64,000 nucleotides of DNA from Pseudomonadota bacterium (GCA_036336885.1 JAYZFG010000016.1:74524-138523); one strand, 5' to 3'. Positions 26,797-36,106 are shown, numbered from the stretch's first letter. The notes: generated from the letters alone by a model not told the origin. A program made the numbers and translations.

Positions 26797-28512
26797 ATGA
26801 AAATGGGTGAAAAAGACGCTGCTGAAAAGCCCGGGCCTGTTTCCGATGGAGTTGCGGAGCCGGTTGTTAGGTTTGGGACCAGCCCAGATCAATATATGCA
26901 CTGGAATTTAAAGATAAATGGGAACGTTGCCCGTCTTGCAATGGCCGTTAAAGAGGCTGAAACATTAAAGCCTGGCTACGAGTTAAAACTTAACTCCTAT
27001 GACCTCGGAGTTGATATTGAACTGTACGATGCCGTTCAACGTTTGCGGTTTGAACATCCAGAAATTGGCTGTGTGGTGATCTGTTCAGATCACCCAGCCG
27101 TATTTTGTGCGGGGGCTAATATACGAATGCTAGGACTTTCGTCACACGATCATAAGGTAAACTTTTGTAAGTTCACCAACGAAACGAGAAATGGTATCGA
27201 AGATGCGACGGAATATTCCGGTCAAAAATATATCTGTGCAATTAATGGAACCGCAGCTGGTGGGGGTTATGAGCTGGCATTGGCAACAGACTATATCATG
27301 TTAATTGATGATGGAGCCTCCACGGTGTCTTTACCAGAGTTGCCTTTGCTGGCCGTGCTTCCCGGCACCGGGGGACTGACCCGGTTGGTTGATAAACGTA
27401 AGGTTCGGCATGATCGCTCAGATGTATTTTGTACGACTACAGAAGGTATGAGAGGCCAGCGTGCAGTGGATTGGAACCTGATAGATGAAACTGTTCCTCG
27501 GTCAAAATTTGAGGAGACAGTCTCTGAAAGAGCAGAAGAATTCGCCTCCCAATCGGATCGGCCCAAGAATGCAAAGGGTATCGAATTGACGCCCCTGCAG
27601 TTCAGTGAGAATGATAATAAGATATCCTACGATCATTTGACGATTGAATTTGACAGGGAACAAGGTGTTGTTTCCTTTTTCATTGGGGCGCCCGAATGTC
27701 CTCCGCCATTAGATGCTGAAGGCGTCCAAGAAGAGGGGGTCAGGTTCTGGCCTTTAGCTTTGGCCCGTGAGCTTGATGCCGCCATTCTTCACCTTCGCTT
27801 GAATGAAAACCAAATAGGGACCTGGGTTTTCCGGAGTTCGGGTAATGGTGGACATATAGAAGAGTATGACAATCTTTTAGAAGCCAACCAAGATGACTGG
27901 TTAGTCCGGGAAATTACCCTCTATTTGAAACGCACCCTAAAACGCATTGATGTTTCAGCCCGCAGCCTGATCGCGCTCATTGAGCCGGGCAGCTGTTTTG
28001 TAGGGACACTGCTCGAGATAGTTTTTATTGCAGATCGCTCCTATATGTTGGATGGACAAATGGAAGGTAGCAACCTCCCGGCGCCCACAGTCTGTTTGAC
28101 CGGTATGAATTTTGGGGCATTTCGAATGTCAAATAACATGACACGATTAGAAACACGTCTCATTGGGGAGCCCGATAAACTGGATAGAGCTAATTTGCTG
28201 AGAGGCAAGGCCTTGGAGGCAGTGGATGCGGATGAGGCAGGGCTTGTGACTTTCATTCCTGACGATATTGATTGGGAAGATGAGGTGCGCCTTGCCATAG
28301 AAGAACGAGCGAGCTTTTCCCCGGATGGCTTAACAGGCTTAGAAGCCAACCTACGATTTGCGGGTCCGGAGACAATCGAAACTAAAATTTTTGGGCGATT
28401 GAGTGCGTGGCAAAACTGGATCTTCCAAAGGCCAAATGCGGCGGGTCCCGAAGGTGCGTTGAAACTCTATGGTACTGGCCAAAGAAGTGAATTTGATAAG
28501 AAGAGAGTTTGA
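26797..28512 (+). CDS. boxC: Benzoyl-CoA-dihydrodiol lyase (2,3-epoxybenzoyl-CoA dihydrolase) BoxC-like
   Basis: 571 aa, with a crotonase-fold N-half (VFCAGANIRML, INGTAAGGGYELALA) and a second degenerate crotonase-like half. The size, domain order and immediate boxB neighbour fit BoxC. Confidence 0.75.
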   Translation: MKMGEKDAAEKPGPVSDGVAEPVVRFGTSPDQYMHWNLKINGNVARLAMAVKEAETLKPGYELKLNSYDLGVDIELYDAVQRLRFEHPEIGCVVICSDHPAVFCAGANIRMLGLSSHDHKVNFCKFTNETRNGIEDATEYSGQKYICAINGTAAGGGYELALATDYIMLIDDGASTVSLPELPLLAVLPGTGGLTRLVDKRKVRHDRSDVFCTTTEGMRGQRAVDWNLIDETVPRSKFEETVSERAEEFASQSDRPKNAKGIELTPLQFSENDNKISYDHLTIEFDREQGVVSFFIGAPECPPPLDAEGVQEEGVRFWPLALARELDAAILHLRLNENQIGTWVFRSSGNGGHIEEYDNLLEANQDDWLVREITLYLKRTLKRIDVSARSLIALIEPGSCFVGTLLEIVFIADRSYMLDGQMEGSNLPAPTVCLTGMNFGAFRMSNNMTRLETRLIGEPDKLDRANLLRGKALEAVDADEAGLVTFIPDDIDWEDEVRLAIEERASFSPDGLTGLEANLRFAGPETIETKIFGRLSAWQNWIFQRPNAAGPEGALKLYGTGQRSEFDKKRV

Positions 28513-28514
28513 CA

Positions 28515-29939
28515 ATGGCAGTTGATCTTAACGCTAAAATTCCTAACAACGTAGGGCTTGCTGACGACCGTCGCTTGCAGCGGGCACTAGAAAGTTGGCA
28601 GCCTAGTTTCATTAATTGGTGGAAGGAACTGGGTCCAGAGGGAACAGAAAATTATGACGTTTATTTGCGCACAGCTATTAGCGTTGAAGCTGAAGGTTGG
28701 GCAAATTTTGGGTATGTCAAAATGCCGGAATACAGATGGGGTATTTTTGTGGCGCCCCCAATAGAGGGTCGCAAAATTCCCTTTGGAGAGCATAGAGGTC
28801 AGCCAGTTTGGAATGAGGTTCCCGGCGAATATCGAGCCTCTCTCCGTAGATTGATTGTGACACAGGGTGACACAGAGCCCGCCTCGGTTGAACAACAGCG
28901 ACTTCTTGGGTTAACGGCGCCCTCGCTTTATGACCTCCGCAATTTATTTCAGGTTAACTGCGAAGAAGGTCGACACCTCTGGGCGATGGTTTATTTGTTG
29001 CATGCTTACTTTGGGCGAGATGGGCGGGAAGAGGCCGAAATGATGCTTCAGCGCCATTCCGGGGATGCTGATAAGCCTCGTATTCTGGGAGCTTTTAATG
29101 AGGAAACTCCAGATTGGCTATCATATTTTATGTTCACATTTTTTACTGATCGTGATGGAAAATTTCAGTTGTCCTCACTTGCAGAATCCGGTTTTGACCC
29201 CTTGGCACGGACTTGCCAGTTTATGCTGACAGAAGAAGCTCATCATATGTTTATAGGAACAACGGGTGTCATGCGCGTCGTCACGCGAACATGTGAGGTG
29301 ATGAATGAACTCAGGACCGATGACCCAGAAAAAATTAGAGCGGCAGGTGCCATCGATCTTCCAACGCTACAAAGATATCTTAATTTTCATTACAGTGTGT
29401 CACTCGACCTTTTTGGTCAGGAGGTCTCTACCAACGCAGCTAATTATTATACCGCGGGATTAAAAGGCAGGTTTGAAGAGTCAAAAATTGATGATGACCA
29501 TGTATTAAAAGACGGTGTAGACAAGGTTACAATGTTCGAAGATGGTGTAATTAAGGATGTGGATTTTAACTCTCTGTTAGCGGTCAATGAGCGTTTGCGT
29601 GATGATTACGTGACTGATTGTCAAATTGGAGTATCTCGTTGGAACAAAGCTATCAAACGGCATAAAATTGAATTTGAGTTAAAGCTACCGCATCGGGGCT
29701 TTCATAGATCGATTGGCACTTTTGCTGAAGCGAATATAACCCCGGAAGGCAAAGTAATTTTGAAAGATGAATGGGAAAAGGGGCATGATCAGTGGTTGCC
29801 TTCTAAGGAAGATCGTGAGTTCGTAATTTCTTTGCAGAAGCCATGCACAGATCCAGGAAAAATAGCGAGCTGGGTGGCTCCACCAGGACGCGGTATAGAT
29901 GGACACGCTTTTGACTATGAGTATGTTAAATTTAACTAA
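28515..29939 (+). CDS. boxB: Benzoyl-CoA 2,3-epoxidase, diiron subunit BoxB
   Basis: About 474 aa. Diiron ExxH motifs (CEEGRHLWAM, LTEEAHHMFIG) and the N-terminal IPNNV...D.RLQRALESWQP..I.WW stretch, as I recall for BoxB. ATG 28515 lies 2 nt after the boxC stop. Confidence 0.8.
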   Translation: MAVDLNAKIPNNVGLADDRRLQRALESWQPSFINWWKELGPEGTENYDVYLRTAISVEAEGWANFGYVKMPEYRWGIFVAPPIEGRKIPFGEHRGQPVWNEVPGEYRASLRRLIVTQGDTEPASVEQQRLLGLTAPSLYDLRNLFQVNCEEGRHLWAMVYLLHAYFGRDGREEAEMMLQRHSGDADKPRILGAFNEETPDWLSYFMFTFFTDRDGKFQLSSLAESGFDPLARTCQFMLTEEAHHMFIGTTGVMRVVTRTCEVMNELRTDDPEKIRAAGAIDLPTLQRYLNFHYSVSLDLFGQEVSTNAANYYTAGLKGRFEESKIDDDHVLKDGVDKVTMFEDGVIKDVDFNSLLAVNERLRDDYVTDCQIGVSRWNKAIKRHKIEFELKLPHRGFHRSIGTFAEANITPEGKVILKDEWEKGHDQWLPSKEDREFVISLQKPCTDPGKIASWVAPPGRGIDGHAFDYEYVKFN

Positions 29940-30005
29940 TATGCGTTATATGTTTTAGAGTTTATCCGTGGTTTGTCGCGCGGAAAGGGTGGAGTAGCAC
30001 TACAT

Positions 30006-31205
30006 CTAACTTCCACCTGGTAAACCAGTATTTTTTCCGTAAAGCCATTCGACTCCTGCGTAAGGATTGCCTTCTTTTTCGCCCCCGAGCATCAGGTTCC
30101 TCAATTCACGGGTAACACCTTCAGCATGATAAATTTCGCCGTAATACCTCGCAGTTAGTTGTACGCGTCCCGTACGCATGTAACGCTTTTTAGGGTATTC
30201 GGAAAAAGCCCTTTCAATATCGCCTTCATATTGATCTATCAGGTCTGCCAGGCAGACGGCATCTTCCATTGCCATGCCGGCTCCAGCTGCGAGATATTGT
30301 AGCATGGGGTGAGCGGCATCACCAATCAGGGTAGCGCGGCCCTTGGTCCATTCTTTTTTAGGTATGCGGTCGCAGAGGACCCACATTTTCCAGACATCGA
30401 TTTTTTTGAGTAGAGCCCGTACTTCTGGTCTTGCTCCTTTAAAATGGTTATACAACTCATCTGGGTCTCCAAACTCATCCCATCCTTCTACGTATTTCTT
30501 GCTATGGAATACTGCCACAATATTAAACAATTCTCCCCGCCGCAGCTTATAGTGCACCAGGTGATTACGCGGCCCCGCCCATAATACTACATCTTCCATC
30601 CATTTGCTGAGACTTTGTGGAACTTCGTCAACGGGAAGAACAGCACGATAGGCGATATGACCAGAAACATCAGGGTCACCATCACCAATTATATTAGCTC
30701 GTATTTTTGACCATAGTCCGTCTGCACCTACCAGGCCTGACCCCTCAAACGTGTTACCATCAGCCGTTTCTACAATAATATTTTGAGGCGTGTTGCTGTA
30801 GCTGGTCACGTTTGCACCGGTCCTCAGGTCTATTTCATCCATTTCCATGCATGCGTTTAAAAGCACACTATGTAAATCAGCACGATGGATGACGGCGTAA
30901 GGTTTACCAAAATGTGATTCAAGTTGACGTCCGAGTGGCATACGAAGCACCTCTTCGCCAGTTAAGCCGTCCATCATGATTATATGCTCCGGAAAATAAC
31001 CAATTTCGTGCATATCTTTGGTGACTTGCAATCTGTCAAACATACGATGCGTATTCGGTCCGAGTTGGATTCCAGCTCCTATTTCTCCGAATTCCGGCGC
31101 CTGTTCCAATACAATACTCTGTCTTCCTTTAATCGCTAGCATTCGCGCAGTCGCTAATCCGCCGATACCACCACCGGCAATTATGATGGGCTTATTTTCA
31201 TTCAT
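30006..31205 (-). CDS. FAD-dependent aromatic monooxygenase (salicylate/3-hydroxybenzoate hydroxylase-like)
   Basis: GGGIGGLATA dinucleotide fold, DG..S..R, and the GDAAHPMLQYLAAGAGMAMEDA fingerprint of group A flavin monooxygenases. Confidence 0.85.
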   Translation of the reverse strand: MNENKPIIIAGGGIGGLATARMLAIKGRQSIVLEQAPEFGEIGAGIQLGPNTHRMFDRLQVTKDMHEIGYFPEHIIMMDGLTGEEVLRMPLGRQLESHFGKPYAVIHRADLHSVLLNACMEMDEIDLRTGANVTSYSNTPQNIIVETADGNTFEGSGLVGADGLWSKIRANIIGDGDPDVSGHIAYRAVLPVDEVPQSLSKWMEDVVLWAGPRNHLVHYKLRRGELFNIVAVFHSKKYVEGWDEFGDPDELYNHFKGARPEVRALLKKIDVWKMWVLCDRIPKKEWTKGRATLIGDAAHPMLQYLAAGAGMAMEDAVCLADLIDQYEGDIERAFSEYPKKRYMRTGRVQLTARYYGEIYHAEGVTRELRNLMLGGEKEGNPYAGVEWLYGKNTGLPGGS

Positions 31206-31269
31206 GCTTGTCTCTTTTGTCTTATCTCTCGGCACTATAGAATTTAATTACAGAAAAAGGATCAAAATA

Positions 31270-32844
31270 ATGGCAGATAATAAAATCACTGTGGATTACG
31301 GCCAAGTACCTGCAAAGATAACTTTTCCGAAAAACTTTAATGTTGCGGTTCCGTTTATAGACCGTCATTTAACCGAAGGGCGTAGTGATAAGGTTGCGAT
31401 CCAGGGTGATTTCGGTTGTGTCAGTTCCAGAGACCTTTTCGAGAACGTTAACAGGTACGGCAACGCTCTAATTAAGTTGGGTTTGTCGAAGGGTGATCGT
31501 GTTTTAATGGTCGTAAAGGATTGCCCAGACTTTTTCTATATTTTTTGGGGAGCCATTAAGGCTGGAATTGTACCTGTACCCCTCAATACTTTGCTCCGCA
31601 GTAAAGATTATCGGTATATGATTGAAGATTCGAGCTGTAGTTTGGTGGTTTATAGTCCGGAATATTCGGAGGAAGTTGGCGCCGCATTGGACGCGGTTAA
31701 ATCCAGATCTATTCTCTCTCTATTGACCGAAGGAGACGCTTCCCTCGCTAATTTAGCAGAAAAAGCAAAGACCAAATTAGGGGCGGTTGTCGCCACCGCA
31801 GAAGAGGACTGCTTTTGGCTATATTCGTCGGGATCAACTGGCAGGCCAAAGGGTACAGTGCATTCACATAAGGATATTCCTTTCACCTGTATTAACTATG
31901 CGGTTGGGGTGCTTGGTATTACCAGCGAAGATATTTGTTTTTCAGCTGCGAAGCTATTTTTTGCTTATGGGCTAGGAAATGCAATGACATTTCCCTTATG
32001 GGTAGGTGCCACTGCAATACTTTCATCGTCCGCGCCCAACCCTGCAATGACCTTTGAAGTGATTGAAACATTTAAGGCTACAATTTATTTTGGTGTTCCT
32101 ACCCTCTACGCAGCCCAGCTTCAAGCTCTTGCAAATTTGAAACCTGATCTTAAATCTATTCGCCTTTGTGTGTCAGCGGGAGAGGCTCTTCCTAGCGATA
32201 TTTTTCGACGCTGGAAAGAAAGTACAGGCAGTATAATTCTTGATGGGATAGGCTCTACTGAGATTTTGCATATCTTTATTTCTAATTCTGCCCATGATGT
32301 TAAACCCGGAGCAAGCGGAAAGCTTGTGCCTGGATATCAAGCAAGAATAGTCGGTGAACAAGACGACGTCGTATCCCAAGGTACGAGCGGCGCTCTTTGG
32401 ATCCATGGTGATTCGATTGCCAAATATTATTGGAATAATGCGGAAAAGACTGCTGAGACTATAAAAAGTGGCTGGATCAATACCGGGGACACCTATTATC
32501 AAGACGAGGCGGGCTATTTTGTCTATTGTGGACGTAACGACGATCTGATGAAGGTTGGCGGTATATGGTGTTCGCCGTTTGAGATTGAGGCTAAGTTGAT
32601 TGAGCATCCTGATGTACTTGAAGCAGCAGTAGTGGGTCGTGCGGATAAAGATAAGCTAATCAAGCCTGAGGCCTTCGTTATCGTTGCAGAGGGGGTTACT
32701 GCGGGGGACGAACTGGCAGAAGAACTTCTGGAGCACTGCAAAGAGGGGTTAGCACGCTACAAGTATCCTCGCTGGTTTAATTTTGTTGATTTGTTGCCCA
32801 AAACGGCTACCGGTAAGATACAGCGTTTCAGGCTGAGACGCTAA
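31270..32844 (+). CDS. Benzoate-CoA ligase family protein
   Basis: NFNVAVPFIDRHLTEGRSDKVAI, YSSGSTGRPKGTVHSH, TGDTY..DEAGYFVYCGRNDDLMKVGGIWCSPFEIE. Start at ATG 31270; the ORF-track start at 31018 runs antisense through the neighbouring gene. Confidence 0.75.
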   Translation: MADNKITVDYGQVPAKITFPKNFNVAVPFIDRHLTEGRSDKVAIQGDFGCVSSRDLFENVNRYGNALIKLGLSKGDRVLMVVKDCPDFFYIFWGAIKAGIVPVPLNTLLRSKDYRYMIEDSSCSLVVYSPEYSEEVGAALDAVKSRSILSLLTEGDASLANLAEKAKTKLGAVVATAEEDCFWLYSSGSTGRPKGTVHSHKDIPFTCINYAVGVLGITSEDICFSAAKLFFAYGLGNAMTFPLWVGATAILSSSAPNPAMTFEVIETFKATIYFGVPTLYAAQLQALANLKPDLKSIRLCVSAGEALPSDIFRRWKESTGSIILDGIGSTEILHIFISNSAHDVKPGASGKLVPGYQARIVGEQDDVVSQGTSGALWIHGDSIAKYYWNNAEKTAETIKSGWINTGDTYYQDEAGYFVYCGRNDDLMKVGGIWCSPFEIEAKLIEHPDVLEAAVVGRADKDKLIKPEAFVIVAEGVTAGDELAEELLEHCKEGLARYKYPRWFNFVDLLPKTATGKIQRFRLRR

Positions 32845-32907
32845 AGTACACGGTTTGGTTGTAAAAAAGATGTAATCAGGGGCAGTTAAAATTGAAGGGA
32901 GAGTTAA

Positions 32908-34233
32908 ATGGTTGACCTTAAGGATAAGGGGCCTTTGGCATTGAACGGGCTAACCGCCACAGAGGCCGCAGCTAAACTTGAAGCAGGTGAAATTACTTCA
33001 GAGGAACTTACACGTGATTGTCTTGACCGGATTGAAGCGCGAGATGGTGAAATTTTGGCATGGGATCATCTAGAACCTGAATATGCTCTCGAGCAGGCCC
33101 GCGCACTAGATAACATGCCCCGGTGTAGCCCACTGCATGGTGTACCTGTAGGTATAAAAGATATCTTCGATACCAAAGATATGCCGACTGGGCATGGTTT
33201 TCCTCCATACCTAGGGAAAGAATTTAATGTGGACTCTACCTGTGTCGCACAATTGCGTGATGCCGGACTGGTAATATTAGGAAAAACCGTAACAACTGAG
33301 TTTGCGTGCCCCAAGCCGCGTCAAACACTCAACCCACACGATCCAGCTCGGACCCCCGGGGTATCTTCAAGTGGCTCAGCAGCATCAGTAGCAGACTATA
33401 TGGTCCCGATTGCAAATGGCACGCAAACAGGGGGGTCAGTAATCGGTCCAGCTGCAAATTGTGGTGTATACGGTTATAAAGCTAGCCTCGATGGAATTGA
33501 TCGCGGCGGGTTTCGTCACTGCAAGAAATCGATTGATACGATTGGTCTCTTTGCCCGTTCAATTGAGGATTTGATTTTACTTCGGCAAGTCCAAACTGGA
33601 AGTATGCCAGAAACGAGTGCGAATAATAATTTGCGAATAGGTGTCTTGCGGGCCCCATTATGGGATGAGGCAGAACCGGGGATGCAAAAGGCTATAGAAA
33701 AAGTAGTGGAAGTATTGCGGGATGCTGGTGCTGATGTAAGTAACTTTGATTTGCCTGCTTTGTTTACGGATATTATTCCGGATGCAGCAGTGATAAACGC
33801 TTGGGAAGCTGCTGCGATGCTGACAACAGAAATTCGTGACCATTATGAAAGTTTTAATGACCATAATCGCGAGAGAATCGAGTGGGTTAAGGGTCTCACC
33901 GAAGAGGATTACCGGAACGCTGGAAAGAAGATGAATGGTGCTCGTTCGGAAATGGATAAGCTTTTCGACAATTGGGATCTAATACTATCTCCAAGTTTAT
34001 CGGGTGAGCCGCCAATTGGTTTAGAAGAGGTCCGTACGGCAACTTTTGCAAGACTTTGGACACAGATGTATACACCATCGGTTAATTTTCCAATTTTTGA
34101 AGGATCAAGTGGCATGCCGCTATGCTTTCAGATGGTTGGTCGACGTGATACAGATGATGCAACCTTAGGACATGCAAAATGGGTGGATGAGCAATTACGC
34201 TCTGCGCTAGGGCCAATACCCTGTGGGCTTTAA
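32908..34233 (+). CDS. Amidase (amidase-signature family)
   Basis: GVPVGIKD, the GK..T.EFA-like stretch GKTVTTEFA, and the Ser-rich signature PGVSSSGSAASVA. Confidence 0.85.
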   Translation: MVDLKDKGPLALNGLTATEAAAKLEAGEITSEELTRDCLDRIEARDGEILAWDHLEPEYALEQARALDNMPRCSPLHGVPVGIKDIFDTKDMPTGHGFPPYLGKEFNVDSTCVAQLRDAGLVILGKTVTTEFACPKPRQTLNPHDPARTPGVSSSGSAASVADYMVPIANGTQTGGSVIGPAANCGVYGYKASLDGIDRGGFRHCKKSIDTIGLFARSIEDLILLRQVQTGSMPETSANNNLRIGVLRAPLWDEAEPGMQKAIEKVVEVLRDAGADVSNFDLPALFTDIIPDAAVINAWEAAAMLTTEIRDHYESFNDHNRERIEWVKGLTEEDYRNAGKKMNGARSEMDKLFDNWDLILSPSLSGEPPIGLEEVRTATFARLWTQMYTPSVNFPIFEGSSGMPLCFQMVGRRDTDDATLGHAKWVDEQLRSALGPIPCGL

Positions 34234-35445
34234 TTATTCGAAGAGCCAGTAATAGCAGTAAGCAACCAGCAAGGCAGGAAAGGCGCTATACAAGGTCGCG
34301 ATAATAGCTGCTTTCGGTACCATTGCTATCGCCGGAAAAAGGGCGTCCCCATCATTACTGATAGCATTTCCGACTTCAGCAGAAAATGGCACTAGTCCAT
34401 TCAGATACATTGTTGCTACGACAAGTTGGGGGCCACAGCCCGGAATGAAGCCCACAAGTATAGCAATAAAAGGTACTAGAGGCGCCCAGATTTGAAATAT
34501 TTGTTTAAGATCAATTTCTAAAAAATAAATGCCAAGTTCGTAAATCAGATATGCAAAGACTACCCAGACAGTTACAAAACAAGTGTCGCCAACTACACGG
34601 GCAGGCGCATCACCTAGGCGCCTAGTACTTGCGGAAGCCCAGCCCAATGTGCCAGAAGCCTTTGGGCTTATTTTATTGGAGGTGGGTGGAGTTATACCCC
34701 AGAGCATCAAGGATACAATAGCTCCTCCCAAACCAACCCAAACGACTGTTTCAATACCCATGAAGACACCGAAGATGACAGACGTGTCGGCCTGGAATGC
34801 AACAAACCCCCCAAAGATTAGGCCGGGAATGAGGAACGCTGTCCACAAATAACGCCACCAACGTGAATCTATACGACGGGTATAGGAGTTTGAGGTCTCC
34901 TTAGGGTTTTTAGACCTCTGGCGAAGAAATCCATTTCCATGGATCGCATCGACAGTGTAGCCAGATGCAATACCAACGAGAAATCCGATACCGAAGATGG
35001 AAATTCCAATTTCAGGAGCCGTCGCAAGAAGTAAAAAAGCGGCATCACCCATGGTCGAAGTTAAAACAGAGACCACCGAACCGAAACTAATGCCCCCACG
35101 AATATATTGAGTGATAACCATTATAGCCCCACCGCAGCCGGGCAGAACACCTAATCCTGCAGCAATTGGGACCTGCCAAACCTGAAATCGGGAGAGTAGA
35201 GAAGTGACATCAATTCTGTACCAGGCTTCAATAAAATAAAATATTACAAGTGTCGCAGCAACAAATACGGTTACTTGAAGGAAGGCATCCGACAGGCTTT
35301 GGACTATAATTATAGCCGCATCGGTTGAACAGGCTGCAATCACGGTTAGTGCCAACAAAACCGAAAGTCGGATTAGTCCGAACCCGGCAGCCCACTTTGC
35401 GGTCTGCTCAAATCCTCGACGTGCAATTATGTCGAGCGATGTCAT
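34234..35445 (-). CDS. Polytopic inner-membrane protein, putative manganese transporter (MntX-like)
   Basis: 403 aa with about 10-11 hydrophobic segments. It is divergently paired with an MntR-type regulator. The family assignment is by context plus my memory of the putative manganese transporter family, not by motif. Its stop codon abuts the amidase stop codon with no gap. Confidence 0.45.
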   Translation of the reverse strand: MTSLDIIARRGFEQTAKWAAGFGLIRLSVLLALTVIAACSTDAAIIIVQSLSDAFLQVTVFVAATLVIFYFIEAWYRIDVTSLLSRFQVWQVPIAAGLGVLPGCGGAIMVITQYIRGGISFGSVVSVLTSTMGDAAFLLLATAPEIGISIFGIGFLVGIASGYTVDAIHGNGFLRQRSKNPKETSNSYTRRIDSRWWRYLWTAFLIPGLIFGGFVAFQADTSVIFGVFMGIETVVWVGLGGAIVSLMLWGITPPTSNKISPKASGTLGWASASTRRLGDAPARVVGDTCFVTVWVVFAYLIYELGIYFLEIDLKQIFQIWAPLVPFIAILVGFIPGCGPQLVVATMYLNGLVPFSAEVGNAISNDGDALFPAIAMVPKAAIIATLYSAFPALLVAYCYYWLFE

Positions 35446-35517
35446 CTCTTAGCCCTATATTTTTTGTAAATGTCCTTGAACCAACCTCTGGGCTGCCCTA
35501 TCGAAAGCAATTCAAAG

Positions 35518-35531
35518 TTAGCATTAGCTAA
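35518..35531. promoter_or_regulatory. Candidate MntR operator: palindrome TTAGC-ATTA-GCTAA
   Basis: A 14-bp inverted repeat in the 145-bp divergent spacer. Its half-site resembles the E. coli MntR ATAGC...GCTAT core (from memory). Confidence 0.25.
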
Positions 35532-35590
35532 GAATAGTAGAAGCAACTAAGTCATTGTCAACACCCTAATTTCTGAACTATTGTAGTTTT

Positions 35591-36106
35591 ATGAATGATT
35601 CCGAAAATTCCAGAGAACAGCTAAAGGCGCCGCCTGAGGGGACAGGTGCAATTTCTGCTCATATGACGCCTGATCGTCAAGCAAGTCATTTCAAGCGCGC
35701 TCGCCAAGCACGGGAAACAGAAATTATAGAAGATTATGTTGAGCTTGTTGCGGATTTAATCGATGAACAAGGTGAGGCTCGCGCGGTTGATATTGCAAGG
35801 CGGCTTGGTGTTACCGGAGCGACCGTCAACAAGATGGTCTCCAGACTAAAGCAAATGGGTCTGGTCAATGCTGAGCCCTACCGTTCAATTTTTCTGACCA
35901 AAGAAGGGCGCCATATGGCAGAAGCCTCTCGGGCACGTCATCATATAGTAGTGGCGTTACTGCGGGCGGTCGGTGTGGATGAGGCGACAGCATGGGCAGA
36001 CGCTGAAGGTATGGAGCACCGTTGTAGTCCGGAGACTTTGGCCGCATTCTCAAAGTTTGTGAAATTGAATAAACTCTATAAGGGACGAGGCACCATCGTT
36101 GGTTAA
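35591..36106 (+). CDS. mntR: DtxR/MntR-family metal-dependent transcriptional regulator
   Basis: IEDYVELVADLIDEQGEARAVDIARRLGVTGATVNKMVSRLKQMGLV wHTH, followed by a dimerisation/metal-binding helix region (H..V..LL). Confidence 0.8.
   Translation: MNDSENSREQLKAPPEGTGAISAHMTPDRQASHFKRARQARETEIIEDYVELVADLIDEQGEARAVDIARRLGVTGATVNKMVSRLKQMGLVNAEPYRSIFLTKEGRHMAEASRARHHIVVALLRAVGVDEATAWADAEGMEHRCSPETLAAFSKFVKLNKLYKGRGTIVG

Noticed and set aside
30006-31205. Whether the FAD protein next to boxB is the missing BoxA reductase.
   Set aside because: It has the group A aromatic hydroxylase fingerprints (GGGIGG, GDAAHP) and none of the ferredoxin-type Cys clusters expected for BoxA.
31018-31269. N-terminal extensions in the ORF track: 31018 for the benzoate-CoA ligase, 15939 for the OCD-like gene, 4430 for hemA, 49485 for DUF35, 55983 for PCuAC, 22241 for the Rieske gene, and 20233, 14262 and 10908.
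   Set aside because: The extensions overlap neighbouring genes or lack an RBS. An internal ATG or GTG with a Shine-Dalgarno coincides with where family conservation begins.
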